64,000 nucleotides of DNA from assembly GCA_965261545.1 (NCBI GenBank), contig CBDHDF010000006.1, forward strand, positions 32,001 to 96,000. The letters run 5' to 3'. The notes beneath the pieces were generated by a model that was not told where the DNA came from, did no database searches, and saw nothing but the letters and a program-made list of their open reading frames with translations. Every line of letters starts with the position of its first letter. The first letter of the stretch is position 1. A program made the translations under genes and the position numbers. The stretch comes from Bdellovibrionales bacterium. GTDB lineage: Bacteria > Bdellovibrionota > Bdellovibrionia > Bdellovibrionales > UBA1609. This document shows positions 1 to 10,153 of the stretch, piece after piece.

Positions 1-1121
1 TCATGCATGGCATTGAAGGCAAAACGAGTGCCTGAAGTCTCAGGCCGTCCCCAGGTTTGAACAAAAGGAGCATCATCGAAAGGCGAATCTTGCCCCACTC
101 CCTCCGCATCGGGGGCATTGGGACGTTGATGACCGCGAGAGAGGGCCTCATTGCTATTGGTATCTACAGAGAGATTAAGAAAACTTTTTCTTCCCCAGCC
201 TATTCCTGTGTTAGCCCCAATTTTCCAAGAGGTTTCCCCCTCAAAGTGATTGCCAAAACTAGCCTCCACAAGACTGCCTTGACGGGCATCCTTGAGGACA
301 AAGTTCATAACACCTGCAATCGCATCTGAACCGTATTGGGCGGAGGCACCATCTCTAAGAACCTGCACCTCTTTAAGGGCAATGGAGGGAATCATAGCCA
401 CATCCACCCCATGGGATCCGTTGTTGGCGGGGGGAGCAAAAAGTTGCACAAGGGCAGATCGGTGGCGACGACGCCCATTGACCATCACAAGGGTTTGGTC
501 TCCAGCCATTCCACGCAGCGTTGTTGGACGCACAAAGGCACTTCCATCACCTGTGGCAGGGGTGGCCATGTATGAGGGGATCAAGGTATTGAGATTGTCT
601 GTGATGTCTGCTGTGGAGTTCACCATGGAGAAGTTCTCCCCGGAAATAACATCCACAGGGACAGGGGAGTCAAGGGCCAAACTCATCCCATGGCGAGAGC
701 CAATCACGGTGATCTTCTCTGCGTCTTCTTTGCTATCACGGCTTTCACTTCCATAGTTATTATCTGAGGAATCTGAGGAATCTGAAGCCATGGATTCGTT
801 GGCCTCCACCCCTTGGGACTTTTGGCTGTTTGTATCACCAGAAAACCCTGAACCTGAATTCACACTCGAATCCGTGCTTGAGTCGGCACTTGAACTTGAA
901 TCGATACCTTGGGCTAAAATCCATTTTTCACTCTCTTCCCTTTCTGAATCTTGGTTAGAGGCCGATTGGCCCATAGAAGCCCCACCCACAGTGGCGAGTA
1001 GAAAAGTCAAGATGACCGTGTTGCCCACTCCCTTTAAGAAACTATACCCACTTCCTATAGAAGCTACAGAAGATTTGAATTCTATGGTCTTTCTGTGAAA
1101 CGATCTCAATTTTAACATCAT
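1..1121 (-). CDS. TonB-dependent receptor, 5' part (runs off the window start)
   Basis: Hand translation of the minus strand from ATG 1121 (AAGGAG RBS upstream) stays open to position 1. It contains a TonB-box-like 'EKITVIGSR', 'LRGMAGDQTLVMVNGRRRH' and the plug motif 'LRDGASAQYGSDAIAGVMNFVLK'. Confidence 0.9.
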   Translation of the reverse strand, partial: MMLKLRSFHRKTIEFKSSVASIGSGYSFLKGVGNTVILTFLLATVGGASMGQSASNQDSEREESEKWILAQGIDSSSSADSSTDSSVNSGSGFSGDTNSQKSQGVEANESMASDSSDSSDNNYGSESRDSKEDAEKITVIGSRHGMSLALDSPVPVDVISGENFSMVNSTADITDNLNTLIPSYMATPATGDGSAFVRPTTLRGMAGDQTLVMVNGRRRHRSALVQLFAPPANNGSHGVDVAMIPSIALKEVQVLRDGASAQYGSDAIAGVMNFVLKDARQGSLVEASFGNHFEGETSWKIGANTGIGWGRKSFLNLSVDTNSNEALSRGHQRPNAPDAEGVGQDSPFDDAPFVQTWGRPETSGTRFAFNAMH

Positions 1122-1353
1122 GATGATTCTCCTTATTATGATACTAAAGATTAGGATTAAGAATAATAAACACCCAACAATGCAATAGGGTAACGAATGG
1201 CATGGCTCTAGGCAATAGTCCAACAAAAAATAATTAATAACCCTTACTCAATAGGGCGACGCATCAATATTTATGCATGTTCCGCATGCCTATCTCAAAG
1301 CTATTTTGCGCTTCAAGACTCCTAATATTTTTGTGTTTTTTGGATTTGTGTGA

Positions 1354-2400
1354 TTAAGAATCTTGAAGTAAGTCAAACAGTCTTTTGTTAATATAATACA
1401 CTTCCTTACCAATCTTGTTCTTTTCAAGAATATTATTTTGAGCTAAGGCTTCTAAATAGCGAGATGCAGTGGGTCGAGAGACACTCATTGCTTTTTCCAG
1501 AAATTTAGCTTTGGTATAGGGGTGTGAAAAAATATTGTTAATTAAATCATGGGAATAAAATCTATGATTTTTACGGATAATACGCTTGTACTCTCGAATC
1601 AATTCATCAATGCCTTTGATTAAACTTTTTGCTTCTTGAGAAGTGGCAGAGATGGCTTCCAACATATAAACAATCCATTGTGTCCAACTCTCTTGTGTTC
1701 TAACTTCTTGAAGGTATTTATAGTAATTTTTTTTATGTCTAAGGATGTATCGACTGAGGTAAAGAATGGGGCTATCTAAGAGGTTATTTAAGATGAGATA
1801 GAGAATATTAATAATGCGACCTGTTCTTCCATTCCCATCATAAAAAGGGTGAATACTTTCAAAATAATGGTGAATTACGGACACTTTTATAAGTGGATCC
1901 ATGGAGTTCATATGAATCAATGCCTCGAACTGATTCATCAGTTCTGGAATTTTCTCAGGAGAAGGAGGGGTATAAATAACTTCACCAGTGGCCTCATTTC
2001 TTAAAATCGTTCCAGAGACCTTCCGAAAACCTGGGCGTTTAGGTTCAATAAGCTTTTGAATTTCAAGAATGGTATTAAGGGATATACCATTGTTTTCTCG
2101 AACCCTCTCCCAACCGACATTCAGGGCCTGCGAGTAATTGTGAACTTCTTTCTCGTGACCCTTTAAGTTCTCCTGAATCTGATACTTGTATAAACTGTCT
2201 TGAGTGGTGATGATGTTTTCAATGGCAGAGCTATTTTTGGCCTCTTTAAGAGTTATATTGGCAAGTAGAATTTTGTCGTTTGGAAGGGTGGGGGCCATTC
2301 CTTTGAGTTCAGCTAAATGGCGGTGGGCCTGGACCAGTGCCTTAAAGATTGGGGGACTCTCCAAAGTCTCTTGATTGGGACATTGAGTTAAACCTTCCAC
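1354..2400 (-). CDS. Fic family protein (AMPylase-type) with C-terminal HTH-like region
   Basis: Fic motif HPFYDGNGRTGR and inhibitory-type SSAIENI motif. The probable start is GTG at 2400 after AGGAGG; the ORF track extends to 2466. Confidence 0.9.
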   Translation of the reverse strand: MEGLTQCPNQETLESPPIFKALVQAHRHLAELKGMAPTLPNDKILLANITLKEAKNSSAIENIITTQDSLYKYQIQENLKGHEKEVHNYSQALNVGWERVRENNGISLNTILEIQKLIEPKRPGFRKVSGTILRNEATGEVIYTPPSPEKIPELMNQFEALIHMNSMDPLIKVSVIHHYFESIHPFYDGNGRTGRIINILYLILNNLLDSPILYLSRYILRHKKNYYKYLQEVRTQESWTQWIVYMLEAISATSQEAKSLIKGIDELIREYKRIIRKNHRFYSHDLINNIFSHPYTKAKFLEKAMSVSRPTASRYLEALAQNNILEKNKIGKEVYYINKRLFDLLQDS

Positions 2401-2449
2401 TGGGCTCCTCCTTGCCCAAAAGCATGGGCTCTCAATGATTATCCTCTCG

Positions 2450-2583
2450 ATCTCCTCAAAAATCATCCTTTTTGAGGAGATATTAGCTCACCTCTTCAAA
2501 AAGATACTTTTTTGAGGAGATACTAGCTCACCTCTTCAAAAAGATACTTTTTTGAGGAGATACTAGCTCACCTCTTCAAAAAG
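2450..2583. repeat. Three tandem 40-bp palindromic units plus one inverted half-unit upstream of fic
   Basis: Unit CTTTTTTGAGGAGATACTAGCTCACCTCTTCAAAAAGATA at 2467, 2507 and 2547 (last partial). ATCTCCTCAAAAA at 2450-2462 is the reverse complement of the unit start. Confidence 0.95.
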
Positions 2584-2805
2584 GAGTATTTCTGCATATT
2601 TATAAAGGTTGTTATACCCTTTTTTAGTAGACTTTAATCCAGAGATGTATTCTCAGATTTAATGCACCGCATATGCTCTCGCACATATTTCCCCTATCTC
2701 ACATACCTATCTCACATGAAAGAAATAAAAGAACATGTGTCTCCCCTTTTAAAAGTTACTTAAAAATTGCTACAATTAACAACAAGTGGGGAGAAGTTGA
2801 AGCAC

Positions 2806-3738
2806 ATGGAGAGCGCACAGAAAAAAATTGCATTGATACAAGGAGGCCTGGGGGCTGAAAAAAAAATTAGCCATATGACAGGAGCCTCTTTTGCCAAGGC
2901 TTTGTTGGAATTGAAATATCCCTTTGAAGTGGTCGAAGCCGATGGACAATTACCAGTTCGACTTGCTCAATGTGAGGCCGATGTGGCCTTGCTTGCCGTC
3001 CATGGAAAATATGCCGAAGATGGTGTGGCCCAGGCGCTTTGTGAATACTTAAAAATTCCCTATACGGGTTCAGGAGTTTTATCCTCAGCCCTTTGCATGG
3101 ACAAGGTGGTTCACAAACAACTCTTGCGTCAAAATAACCTTCCCACTCCCAATTTTAAAGTGGTGGACACACAAGAGGAAGATATCTCCACTTTAAAAGT
3201 TCCCCCCATGCCATGGCCCTTGGTGATCAAGCCCGCCCGAGAGGGTTCCAGCATAGGCATTCATATCGTTGAAGAAAACAAGGAGTTTTACAGCGGCCTT
3301 AAAGATGCCGCTCAATATGATCGCTTTCTTCTCATAGAGCAATTTATCAAAGGCACCGAGATGACCGTCCCCATATGGCTGGGGCGCAGTCTCACGCCCA
3401 TCGAAATTGCACCGAAAACAGGTTTCTTTGACTTTAAAAATAAATACACAAAGGGTTTCACAGACTACCACTTACCAGTTCGCTTGGACTCCAAAATAAT
3501 AAGTCACTGCCAAAAAATAGCCACCGAAGCTTGTAAAAAATCTTATATAAAAACCTATGCCAGAGTCGATTTTATTGTTTCTACAAAGGGAGCCCCCTAT
3601 ATTATTGAAATCAACACATTGCCTGGCTTTACACCTTTGTCACTGTTTCCCATGTCGGCCAGGCATGAGGGCATCACTTTCTTAGACTTGATAAAGGGCC
3701 TGATTGAAAATGCGAGCTTGGACTATGGTGTTACTTAA
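2806..3738 (+). CDS. ddl: D-alanine--D-alanine ligase
   Basis: Motifs HGKYAEDG, IPYTGSG, CMDK, KPAREGSSIG, EINTLPG; directly upstream of ftsQAZ. Start ATG 2806 chosen by homology length. Confidence 0.95.
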   Translation: MESAQKKIALIQGGLGAEKKISHMTGASFAKALLELKYPFEVVEADGQLPVRLAQCEADVALLAVHGKYAEDGVAQALCEYLKIPYTGSGVLSSALCMDKVVHKQLLRQNNLPTPNFKVVDTQEEDISTLKVPPMPWPLVIKPAREGSSIGIHIVEENKEFYSGLKDAAQYDRFLLIEQFIKGTEMTVPIWLGRSLTPIEIAPKTGFFDFKNKYTKGFTDYHLPVRLDSKIISHCQKIATEACKKSYIKTYARVDFIVSTKGAPYIIEINTLPGFTPLSLFPMSARHEGITFLDLIKGLIENASLDYGVT

Positions 3739-4576
3739 AAGCTTGGAGGCTCGCCTCTGCCTTCTTCTAGCGTTGAGTCTTCGCTTTCTTCTGAGGCTGC
3801 GCCCTCGCTTTCTTCTGAGAGATCGTCTCTGCATCTTTCTGAAGCTGCACCCTCACTTTATTTACGGAGTGCTGACTGTCATGCTCCTAAGTGGAGGACT
3901 TGCCGCTCTGTTAAGTAGTAAGGTTAAGGTATTTCAATCTCACCACATTGAAGTGGAGATAGATTCTGGACCTTGGTCCCAGGAGTTTTTAGCAAGTTTT
4001 AAGAAAAGTGTCATGAATCAACTGGACCCCTTGCGAAGCCAGTCCATCTTTACTGTGAATTTAAATGAGTTATCAAAGAAACTAAAAAACGATCGCCGCA
4101 TTCAACACATCTCTATTCAAAGAATACTTCCCCATCGAATGAAGCTCAAAATGACCCTTCACAAACCCATCGCATTGCTTATGGGTTTACAAAATGAACT
4201 CCTCTCTGTTTCGAGAGATGCCAGTATTTTACCTCCCATGGGCGAAGCCATAGATCTACCCATCCTCAGGGGCCTCAACTTTCACAAGGAAGAAAAATTG
4301 AGGGCCCAGGCCCTAGAATTCTTAGAACAAATTCCAAAAACAGGATTTACAGGTTACAACAATATTTCAGAAATTCGCTTTGATAAGAAATCGGGCTATG
4401 TTCTCTACCTCCTTCCCCATGGAGTTCAATTGCATCTGGGACAAAGTCATTTTGCACAAAAAATAAATCGAGCTGAAAGAGTGATGAACTACCTTGAAAA
4501 TCAAAATATGAAATATCGCGTTATTGACGCTCGCTTTCCCAAAAAAATAGTTGTCAAGCTGCGTAATGAAACCTAG
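3704..4576 (+). CDS. ftsQ: Cell division protein FtsQ/DivIB
   Basis: Single TM helix, POTRA-like region, C-terminal 'IDARF'; lies between ddl and ftsA. Start uncertain. Confidence 0.85.
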   Translation: MKMRAWTMVLLKSLEARLCLLLALSLRFLLRLRPRFLLRDRLCIFLKLHPHFIYGVLTVMLLSGGLAALLSSKVKVFQSHHIEVEIDSGPWSQEFLASFKKSVMNQLDPLRSQSIFTVNLNELSKKLKNDRRIQHISIQRILPHRMKLKMTLHKPIALLMGLQNELLSVSRDASILPPMGEAIDLPILRGLNFHKEEKLRAQALEFLEQIPKTGFTGYNNISEIRFDKKSGYVLYLLPHGVQLHLGQSHFAQKINRAERVMNYLENQNMKYRVIDARFPKKIVVKLRNET

Positions 4577-4667
4577 GCTTGAGATATGCCTTGATATACA
4601 CTTGACTTGATGCACACTTGAACACTTGCATATGCACAATAAAGCTAAATAGGGATGTCTAAGAATC

Positions 4668-5954
4668 ATGCCGACGGGTGACCAAAACAATAGCAACAAT
4701 CGTAATATTAACATGAGTCATCGTCGTCACAATAGCGATCACAATATTGTCGCTCTCGATATTGGCGCAACAAAGGTCGTTGCGGCCATTGCAGCCCATC
4801 GCTCCAATGAATTCCCCGGTTTCGACCTCCTCGGCGTGGGACAAGCCTTCCACCGGGGAGTGAGGCAAGGAGCCATTATCGATATAGAAGCCACAAGCCA
4901 GGCCATTTCTGAAGCTTGTGAAAAGGCCGAAACCATGTCGGGCCAAGAAATTCACTCCGTTTGGCTCGGCATTGGTGGAACTGACATTTCCTCTTTTGAA
5001 TCTTCGGGAATTGTCCCTCTCCACAAGCAAGAAGTCACAGAGCATGATATCCAAAAAGTCATGGACGTGGCTCAAGCGACGGTGATCCCCAACAACCACT
5101 GTATTCTACATGCCTTGCCAAAAAGCTACAAAGTTGACCACCAAAGTGGAGTGCGCTGCCCCTTGGGAATGGCGGGAAAACGTTTGGAAGCTGCCTTCCA
5201 CCTCATTACAGTGCCTGAAACACTCATGCAAAACTTTGTTCGCTGCACACAAAGGGCAGGTCTCAAAATCTCTGGCTTTGTTTTACAGTCTTTAGCTTCA
5301 TCCCTTGCCGTCATCAACGAAGATGAAAAAGCCATGGGAGTGGCTGTGGCAGATATGGGCGGGGAGACATGTGATCTCGTCATTTATGACCAGGGAAGTC
5401 TCGTTCATGCAAGCTCCATTCCCCTTGGAGGCAAAAACTTCACCAGTGATTTAGCTCGGGGACTTCGCATCAAACAAACCCATGCCGAAGAACTCAAAAG
5501 ACATTGGGGTTGCACTCTCCCCGATGTGGAATATGAAGAAAAAGACTTATTAACCATCTTAGAAGCTCGTTCCGAAGAAGTTTTATCGCTTCTTCGGAAC
5601 GCTTTGCAAGAAGCAAGCTTTATGGATCCGTTGGGTGCCGGTATTGTCATCACGGGTGGAGGCAGTCATCTGCAGGGCTTTATCGAAATGGGAAGCTTGC
5701 TTTTTGATATGCCCATCAGACAAGGACTTCCTCCTAAGTGGGATGGATTTGTAGAGACAACAAGCGGTAGCTTCGCAACAGCTATTGGTATTCTTTGTTA
5801 CGGCCACCAAGAGCAAAGAAGAAGAAAAAAAAGAGACCAAAAAGACCAAAGAGGCCACAAAAGAGCTACTTCCATTCAAGGAGGAATTATGTTGTGGGAA
5901 AAGTGTACCACCATGGGTACAAAGGTTAATAGTTATTTTTCTAAACTTTTCTGA
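4668..5954 (+). CDS. ftsA: Cell division protein FtsA
   Basis: ALDIGATKV, DMGGETCD and GIVITGGG actin-fold motifs; directly upstream of ftsZ. Confidence 0.95.
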   Translation: MPTGDQNNSNNRNINMSHRRHNSDHNIVALDIGATKVVAAIAAHRSNEFPGFDLLGVGQAFHRGVRQGAIIDIEATSQAISEACEKAETMSGQEIHSVWLGIGGTDISSFESSGIVPLHKQEVTEHDIQKVMDVAQATVIPNNHCILHALPKSYKVDHQSGVRCPLGMAGKRLEAAFHLITVPETLMQNFVRCTQRAGLKISGFVLQSLASSLAVINEDEKAMGVAVADMGGETCDLVIYDQGSLVHASSIPLGGKNFTSDLARGLRIKQTHAEELKRHWGCTLPDVEYEEKDLLTILEARSEEVLSLLRNALQEASFMDPLGAGIVITGGGSHLQGFIEMGSLLFDMPIRQGLPPKWDGFVETTSGSFATAIGILCYGHQEQRRRKKRDQKDQRGHKRATSIQGGIMLWEKCTTMGTKVNSYFSKLF

Positions 5955-6126
5955 AGTAGCAACTCTTTGCTTCTTTGCTTTTTGCAAAATATTCTTGATA
6001 AGAATATTCTTGATAAGAATATTCTGATAATTAATACTGTGATAATTTTGATAAAGACTTGATAAAAAAATTGATAGAGCATTTATAACATTTATAAAAG
6101 TTATAAAAGTAAAAGAAGGAGAAACT

Positions 6127-7722
6127 ATGTTTGAACTCGACGAAAGTAGCAATATAGGGGCGAATATCAAGGTGATCGGTGTTGGAGGAGGCGGTAACAA
6201 CGCTGTCCAAACGATGATTGACAGCGGTTTGGTTGGCGTTGATTTTATTGTCGCCAATACAGATCGACAAGCCTTGGAGGCCAATCAATCGAAAACAAAA
6301 ATCAACCTTGGAAGCGAATTGACAAAGGGACTTGGAGCAGGAGCCAATCCAGAAATTGGAAAAAGAGCCTCCATAGAGTCCTACAATGATATTACAGAAA
6401 GTCTTCAAGGCTCTGATATGGTTTTTGTCACCGCAGGTATGGGGGGTGGCACAGGCACGGGAGGAGCCCCCGTGGTTGCCAAGATTGCCAAAGAACTGGG
6501 CGCTCTCACCATTGGTGTGGTCACCCGCCCCTTTACCTTTGAAGGAAAAAAGAGGAAGCGTCATGCCGATGCTGGCATCCAAGAATTAAGAGAAAATGTC
6601 GACACATTGATTGTCATCCCCAACCAAAAGTTGCTTTCAGTTTCAGGCAAACAAACAGCTTTGCTTGAAACATTTAAAAAAGCCGATGAAGTTCTCCTCC
6701 AAGCTGTAAAAGGAATTTCTGATCTCATTAATATTCGAGGTCTTATCAACCTGGATTTTGCAGATATTCGAACCGTCATGGCTGCAAAAGGAATGGCCAT
6801 CATGGGCTCTGGGGTTGCCCAAGGCAGTGGGCGTGCTGTGGAAGCAGCCAGAGGAGCCATTTCCTCACCACTTTTAGAAAATATTGCCATTGAGGGAGCC
6901 ACCGGTATTGTCATCAACGTCACAGGTGGCTCCAACCTCACTCTTTGGGAGGTCAATGAAGCCTCATCTCTTGTGACCGAAGCGGCCCATGAAGAGGCTG
7001 AAATTATTTTCGGTGCTGTGATTGATGACACTATGACGGATGAAGTGCGTGTCACCGTCATTGCCACAGGTTTTGGAGATGAAAGTCAGAAAATGGTTTC
7101 CGATCAAATTGGTCGACTCCATACCCTTGCCCATGCCCAAGTAGACTCACTCAGTGGAAGAAGAAATATGGAGAGTCAAAGAGCCCTGCAAGGTAGCGCC
7201 CTTCAAAGCGCCCTGCAAAGTGGTTCTCTTCAAGGCAACTCCCTACAAAGTTCCCTAAATATAGATAGCTCCTCCACTTTTGAAAGAGAATCCATGAACA
7301 AGGAATCCACCAGTGGAGTGAATATAAGCCAGGAGACTATGACCAGGGAAGCCATAAACGGAGAAGCCATGGGCAAAATGAGCGACAAAATGAACTCCGA
7401 AATTGAAAAAATCTATTCTCTGAGCCCCCAAGAAGAAATCACACCTGAACCAGAAGAAAAGCCTCTCCCCAGAGACATCCTTCTTGCCAAAGCAAAGGCT
7501 TTTCGTCAGCAACATGGAGAAAAGCTATCAGAACAATCCGAGGAGAAGGCCCCAGCCATGGAGCAACTTCAAATGAATGTGGACACAGAAGATGACTCTC
7601 TCACCATAGCCCGTCAAGTGGCTCAAGATGTGGCCAGATCTTCTCTCGGCACAGATTCCCTAGATATTCCAACCTATCTCCGCAAAAGACAAAGCCAGGA
7701 TCACAATAAGCCAAGAAGTTGA
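6127..7722 (+). CDS. ftsZ: Cell division protein FtsZ with long linker
   Basis: GGGTGTG tubulin signature, NLDFAD, C-terminal LDIPTYLR peptide. Confidence 0.99.
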   Translation: MFELDESSNIGANIKVIGVGGGGNNAVQTMIDSGLVGVDFIVANTDRQALEANQSKTKINLGSELTKGLGAGANPEIGKRASIESYNDITESLQGSDMVFVTAGMGGGTGTGGAPVVAKIAKELGALTIGVVTRPFTFEGKKRKRHADAGIQELRENVDTLIVIPNQKLLSVSGKQTALLETFKKADEVLLQAVKGISDLINIRGLINLDFADIRTVMAAKGMAIMGSGVAQGSGRAVEAARGAISSPLLENIAIEGATGIVINVTGGSNLTLWEVNEASSLVTEAAHEEAEIIFGAVIDDTMTDEVRVTVIATGFGDESQKMVSDQIGRLHTLAHAQVDSLSGRRNMESQRALQGSALQSALQSGSLQGNSLQSSLNIDSSSTFERESMNKESTSGVNISQETMTREAINGEAMGKMSDKMNSEIEKIYSLSPQEEITPEPEEKPLPRDILLAKAKAFRQQHGEKLSEQSEEKAPAMEQLQMNVDTEDDSLTIARQVAQDVARSSLGTDSLDIPTYLRKRQSQDHNKPRS

Positions 7723-8462
7723 CCTCTCATTTCTTCAACGCCTGTTTTGTTTCTGATATACACATAGGTCTCACAATGGACTCAAGGAGGCGTTGCTTCC
7801 TTGAACTCCTGGACCTCTGGAGCCATGAGGAAAGTCTCACCCATCTCTTTATGGTCGGTGATATTTTTGATCTTTGGATTGGCGGGCACGATATCTTTAA
7901 AAAAGAATATGCCGCTCTTATCTCAGCCCTCCTTCGACTCCAAAAAACGGGAGTGGATGTCCACTACTTTGAGGGAAATCACGACTTCCACCTTTCATCT
8001 TTTTGGCAAGATGAACTGGGAATTCAAGTTCACACAGGACCTAAAACATTTCAGCTAGGCCGCTACAAGGTGAGAGTGGAACATGGGGATGAAATGGATC
8101 CCGATGATAAAGGCTATCTCTTTTTGCGATGGTTTTTAAGAACTCCCCTCGTAAAGTCTTTGCTCTGCCACGGTCCTGGCAAAGTGATTCAGGGCCTAGG
8201 AAGCTTGGCCAGTGCTCAAAGTCAAAAGCACAGCCACCGAAAGCAACCCCATGGGGAAGCAGAAATTCGTCAGAAATTTTATACCCACACCAAAAAGGTT
8301 TCAGCCTTAGAGCCCCTAGACTTTCTTATATCAGGCCACATACATACAAGACTCGACGAAACCATTGGCAAGACTCGCTCTCTCAACCTCGGAACATGGA
8401 CTCTTCAGCCCTGTTATTTTCAACTAAGCTCCACCAAGGCTGAATTTATAAATTTATTGTAA
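7719..8462 (+). CDS. lpxH: UDP-2,3-diacylglucosamine diphosphatase (LpxH-like metallophosphoesterase)
   Basis: SDIH, GDIFDLW, EGNHDF, EHGD and SGHIH motifs. Confidence 0.75.
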   Translation: MTSHFFNACFVSDIHIGLTMDSRRRCFLELLDLWSHEESLTHLFMVGDIFDLWIGGHDIFKKEYAALISALLRLQKTGVDVHYFEGNHDFHLSSFWQDELGIQVHTGPKTFQLGRYKVRVEHGDEMDPDDKGYLFLRWFLRTPLVKSLLCHGPGKVIQGLGSLASAQSQKHSHRKQPHGEAEIRQKFYTHTKKVSALEPLDFLISGHIHTRLDETIGKTRSLNLGTWTLQPCYFQLSSTKAEFINLL

Positions 8463-8535
8463 CTTCTCACATTCCACTAATTTCCAAGAAAATCTTGTGG
8501 ATTTACAGCTCGCGGCAGCTTTTAGGCAATCCCTA

Positions 8536-9474
8536 CTATGACTCACGGCCGCCATTTCCACCATGGCGGCCACTACTCTCGCCATTCTCACCACGTTCAG
8601 CCAAGGGAAACTCAGCCTGAAAACGATTTAATATATCCAAATAACTTTCTTTCACCCCCCCGAGGTCATGGCGAAAGCGGTCTTTATCTAATTTCTTCCC
8701 CGTTTTGATATCCCATAGCCTGCAACTGTCGGGAGAAATTTCATCGGCCAAAACAATATCCCCCTCCCCGCTCATCTCTTCCTTGAAGCCAAACTCCAAT
8801 TTAAAGTCAATAAGTTCTATGCCCAACTTCCAAAAGAGATCCTTTAAGTGAATATTGATCTCTAAGGCACGGTCCTTTAACATTTGCAAGTGGGAAGGGT
8901 GACGCACAACCTGAAGCATTAAAGCTTGCTCATCACTGACAAATGGATCCTCAAGCCGATCATCCTTGTAATAAAATTCCACCAATGGCTTTTTCAAAGG
9001 ACTTCCTTCTTCTCGACGAAACTTCCTGGACGTGGAACCCGCAAGGCGGTTTCTTACCACCACCTCAAGAGGGATGACCCCCACTCTCTGGCAAATCATC
9101 TCACAGACTCCCACATTTTGAATCCAGTGATTGGCGATAGATTTTTCTCGAAGATAGGCAAAAATAAAAGATGTTATCTGACGGTTAATAGCCCCCTTGC
9201 CATCAAAAGAACTGGCCTTTTTGGCGTTAAAGGCCGTAAGGCTATCTTTAAAATCCACCCACACCAAGTCTTCACAGCCAACCACAGTGTAAACCCGCTT
9301 TGCCTTTCCCTCGTGGAGAAGGTCTCCTTTTTTGAAAGCTCTTTCCCTTTCTAGGGGAGGCGAACCCAAGCCGTCAACTGCTTCTGAAGCTGCAACTACA
9401 CTCGCACCTACATCTAAATCTTCATCCTCGCTATCTTCCAAATAGCGAGAGCCTCTAATGTTCTTCATGGCCAT
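8536..9474 (-). CDS. purC: SAICAR synthetase
   Basis: EGKAKRVY, IPLEVVVRN, DFKLEFG, LADEISPDSCRLWD, DKDRFR. Confidence 0.97.
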   Translation of the reverse strand: MAMKNIRGSRYLEDSEDEDLDVGASVVAASEAVDGLGSPPLERERAFKKGDLLHEGKAKRVYTVVGCEDLVWVDFKDSLTAFNAKKASSFDGKGAINRQITSFIFAYLREKSIANHWIQNVGVCEMICQRVGVIPLEVVVRNRLAGSTSRKFRREEGSPLKKPLVEFYYKDDRLEDPFVSDEQALMLQVVRHPSHLQMLKDRALEINIHLKDLFWKLGIELIDFKLEFGFKEEMSGEGDIVLADEISPDSCRLWDIKTGKKLDKDRFRHDLGGVKESYLDILNRFQAEFPLAERGENGESSGRHGGNGGRES

Positions 9475-10153
9475 TTTTTTGCTCTTCTTGTAGCTCTTCC
9501 CGTGATTCTTCTTGTAACTCTACCTGTGAATCTTTTTGCAACTCTTCTTGTAGCTCCGCTTGCGGCTCTTCTTTTTTTTCTTCTTCCTGTTCTTTCTCCC
9601 CTGCTGCCAGTTGCTTGGCCGCTTTGTGCAAGCGACTAAGGAGAAGGCTACGTAATTCTCTTCTTACAATCAGATCATTGGCCACCAAACCCAAAAAACC
9701 AAAGGGCATCTCGTACTCCACACAATCCACCACCTTAGTGCCAACACCTCTGGGGTCATCTTCAAAGGAAATCTTGTGCTCCCAGTGAGAAAAAACTCCC
9801 TCCAACTGATGATAAATCACTTGGGTCCCTGCAATGACCTCAGAGACTTCCCAGTGAATTTCCTGGCTAATTCCAAAGCGAGTCATCACCAAAGCGTAGG
9901 TCGCCCCCTTTGCAAGCTCATCCTCACCATCCACCACTTCCACATCCACCACCTCCTCAAGAAGTAAAGGAAGTTGGTTGATGTTTGCCAGCAATTCAAA
10001 AGTCTTTTCCCTAGAATAGGGAATCACATATTCACACCTTACACGAGCCATAGTTTCCTTCTCTTCTCTTTGTGGATTCAATTTTGCAAGTTCAACTTGT
10101 AAGTTCCATTGGTAAGTTCCATTGGTGAGTTCAATTTGCGAACTCAATCCCAC
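9455..10153 (-). CDS. SRPBCC/polyketide cyclase-like protein with acidic low-complexity tail
   Basis: 'FSHWEHKISF...VVDCVEYEMPFGFLG' pattern typical of SRPBCC proteins; real start may be near 10051. Confidence 0.7.
   Translation of the reverse strand: MGLSSQIELTNGTYQWNLQVELAKLNPQREEKETMARVRCEYVIPYSREKTFELLANINQLPLLLEEVVDVEVVDGEDELAKGATYALVMTRFGISQEIHWEVSEVIAGTQVIYHQLEGVFSHWEHKISFEDDPRGVGTKVVDCVEYEMPFGFLGLVANDLIVRRELRSLLLSRLHKAAKQLAAGEKEQEEEKKEEPQAELQEELQKDSQVELQEESREELQEEQKNGHEEH

Noticed and set aside
57..1098. Plus-strand ORFs 57-329, 292-756, 336-575 and 790-1098
   Set aside because: Antisense shadows of the minus-strand TonB-dependent receptor.
2467..2583. 40-bp palindromic repeats as a CRISPR array
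   Set aside because: Units are directly tandem with no unique spacers, and no cas genes are in the window.
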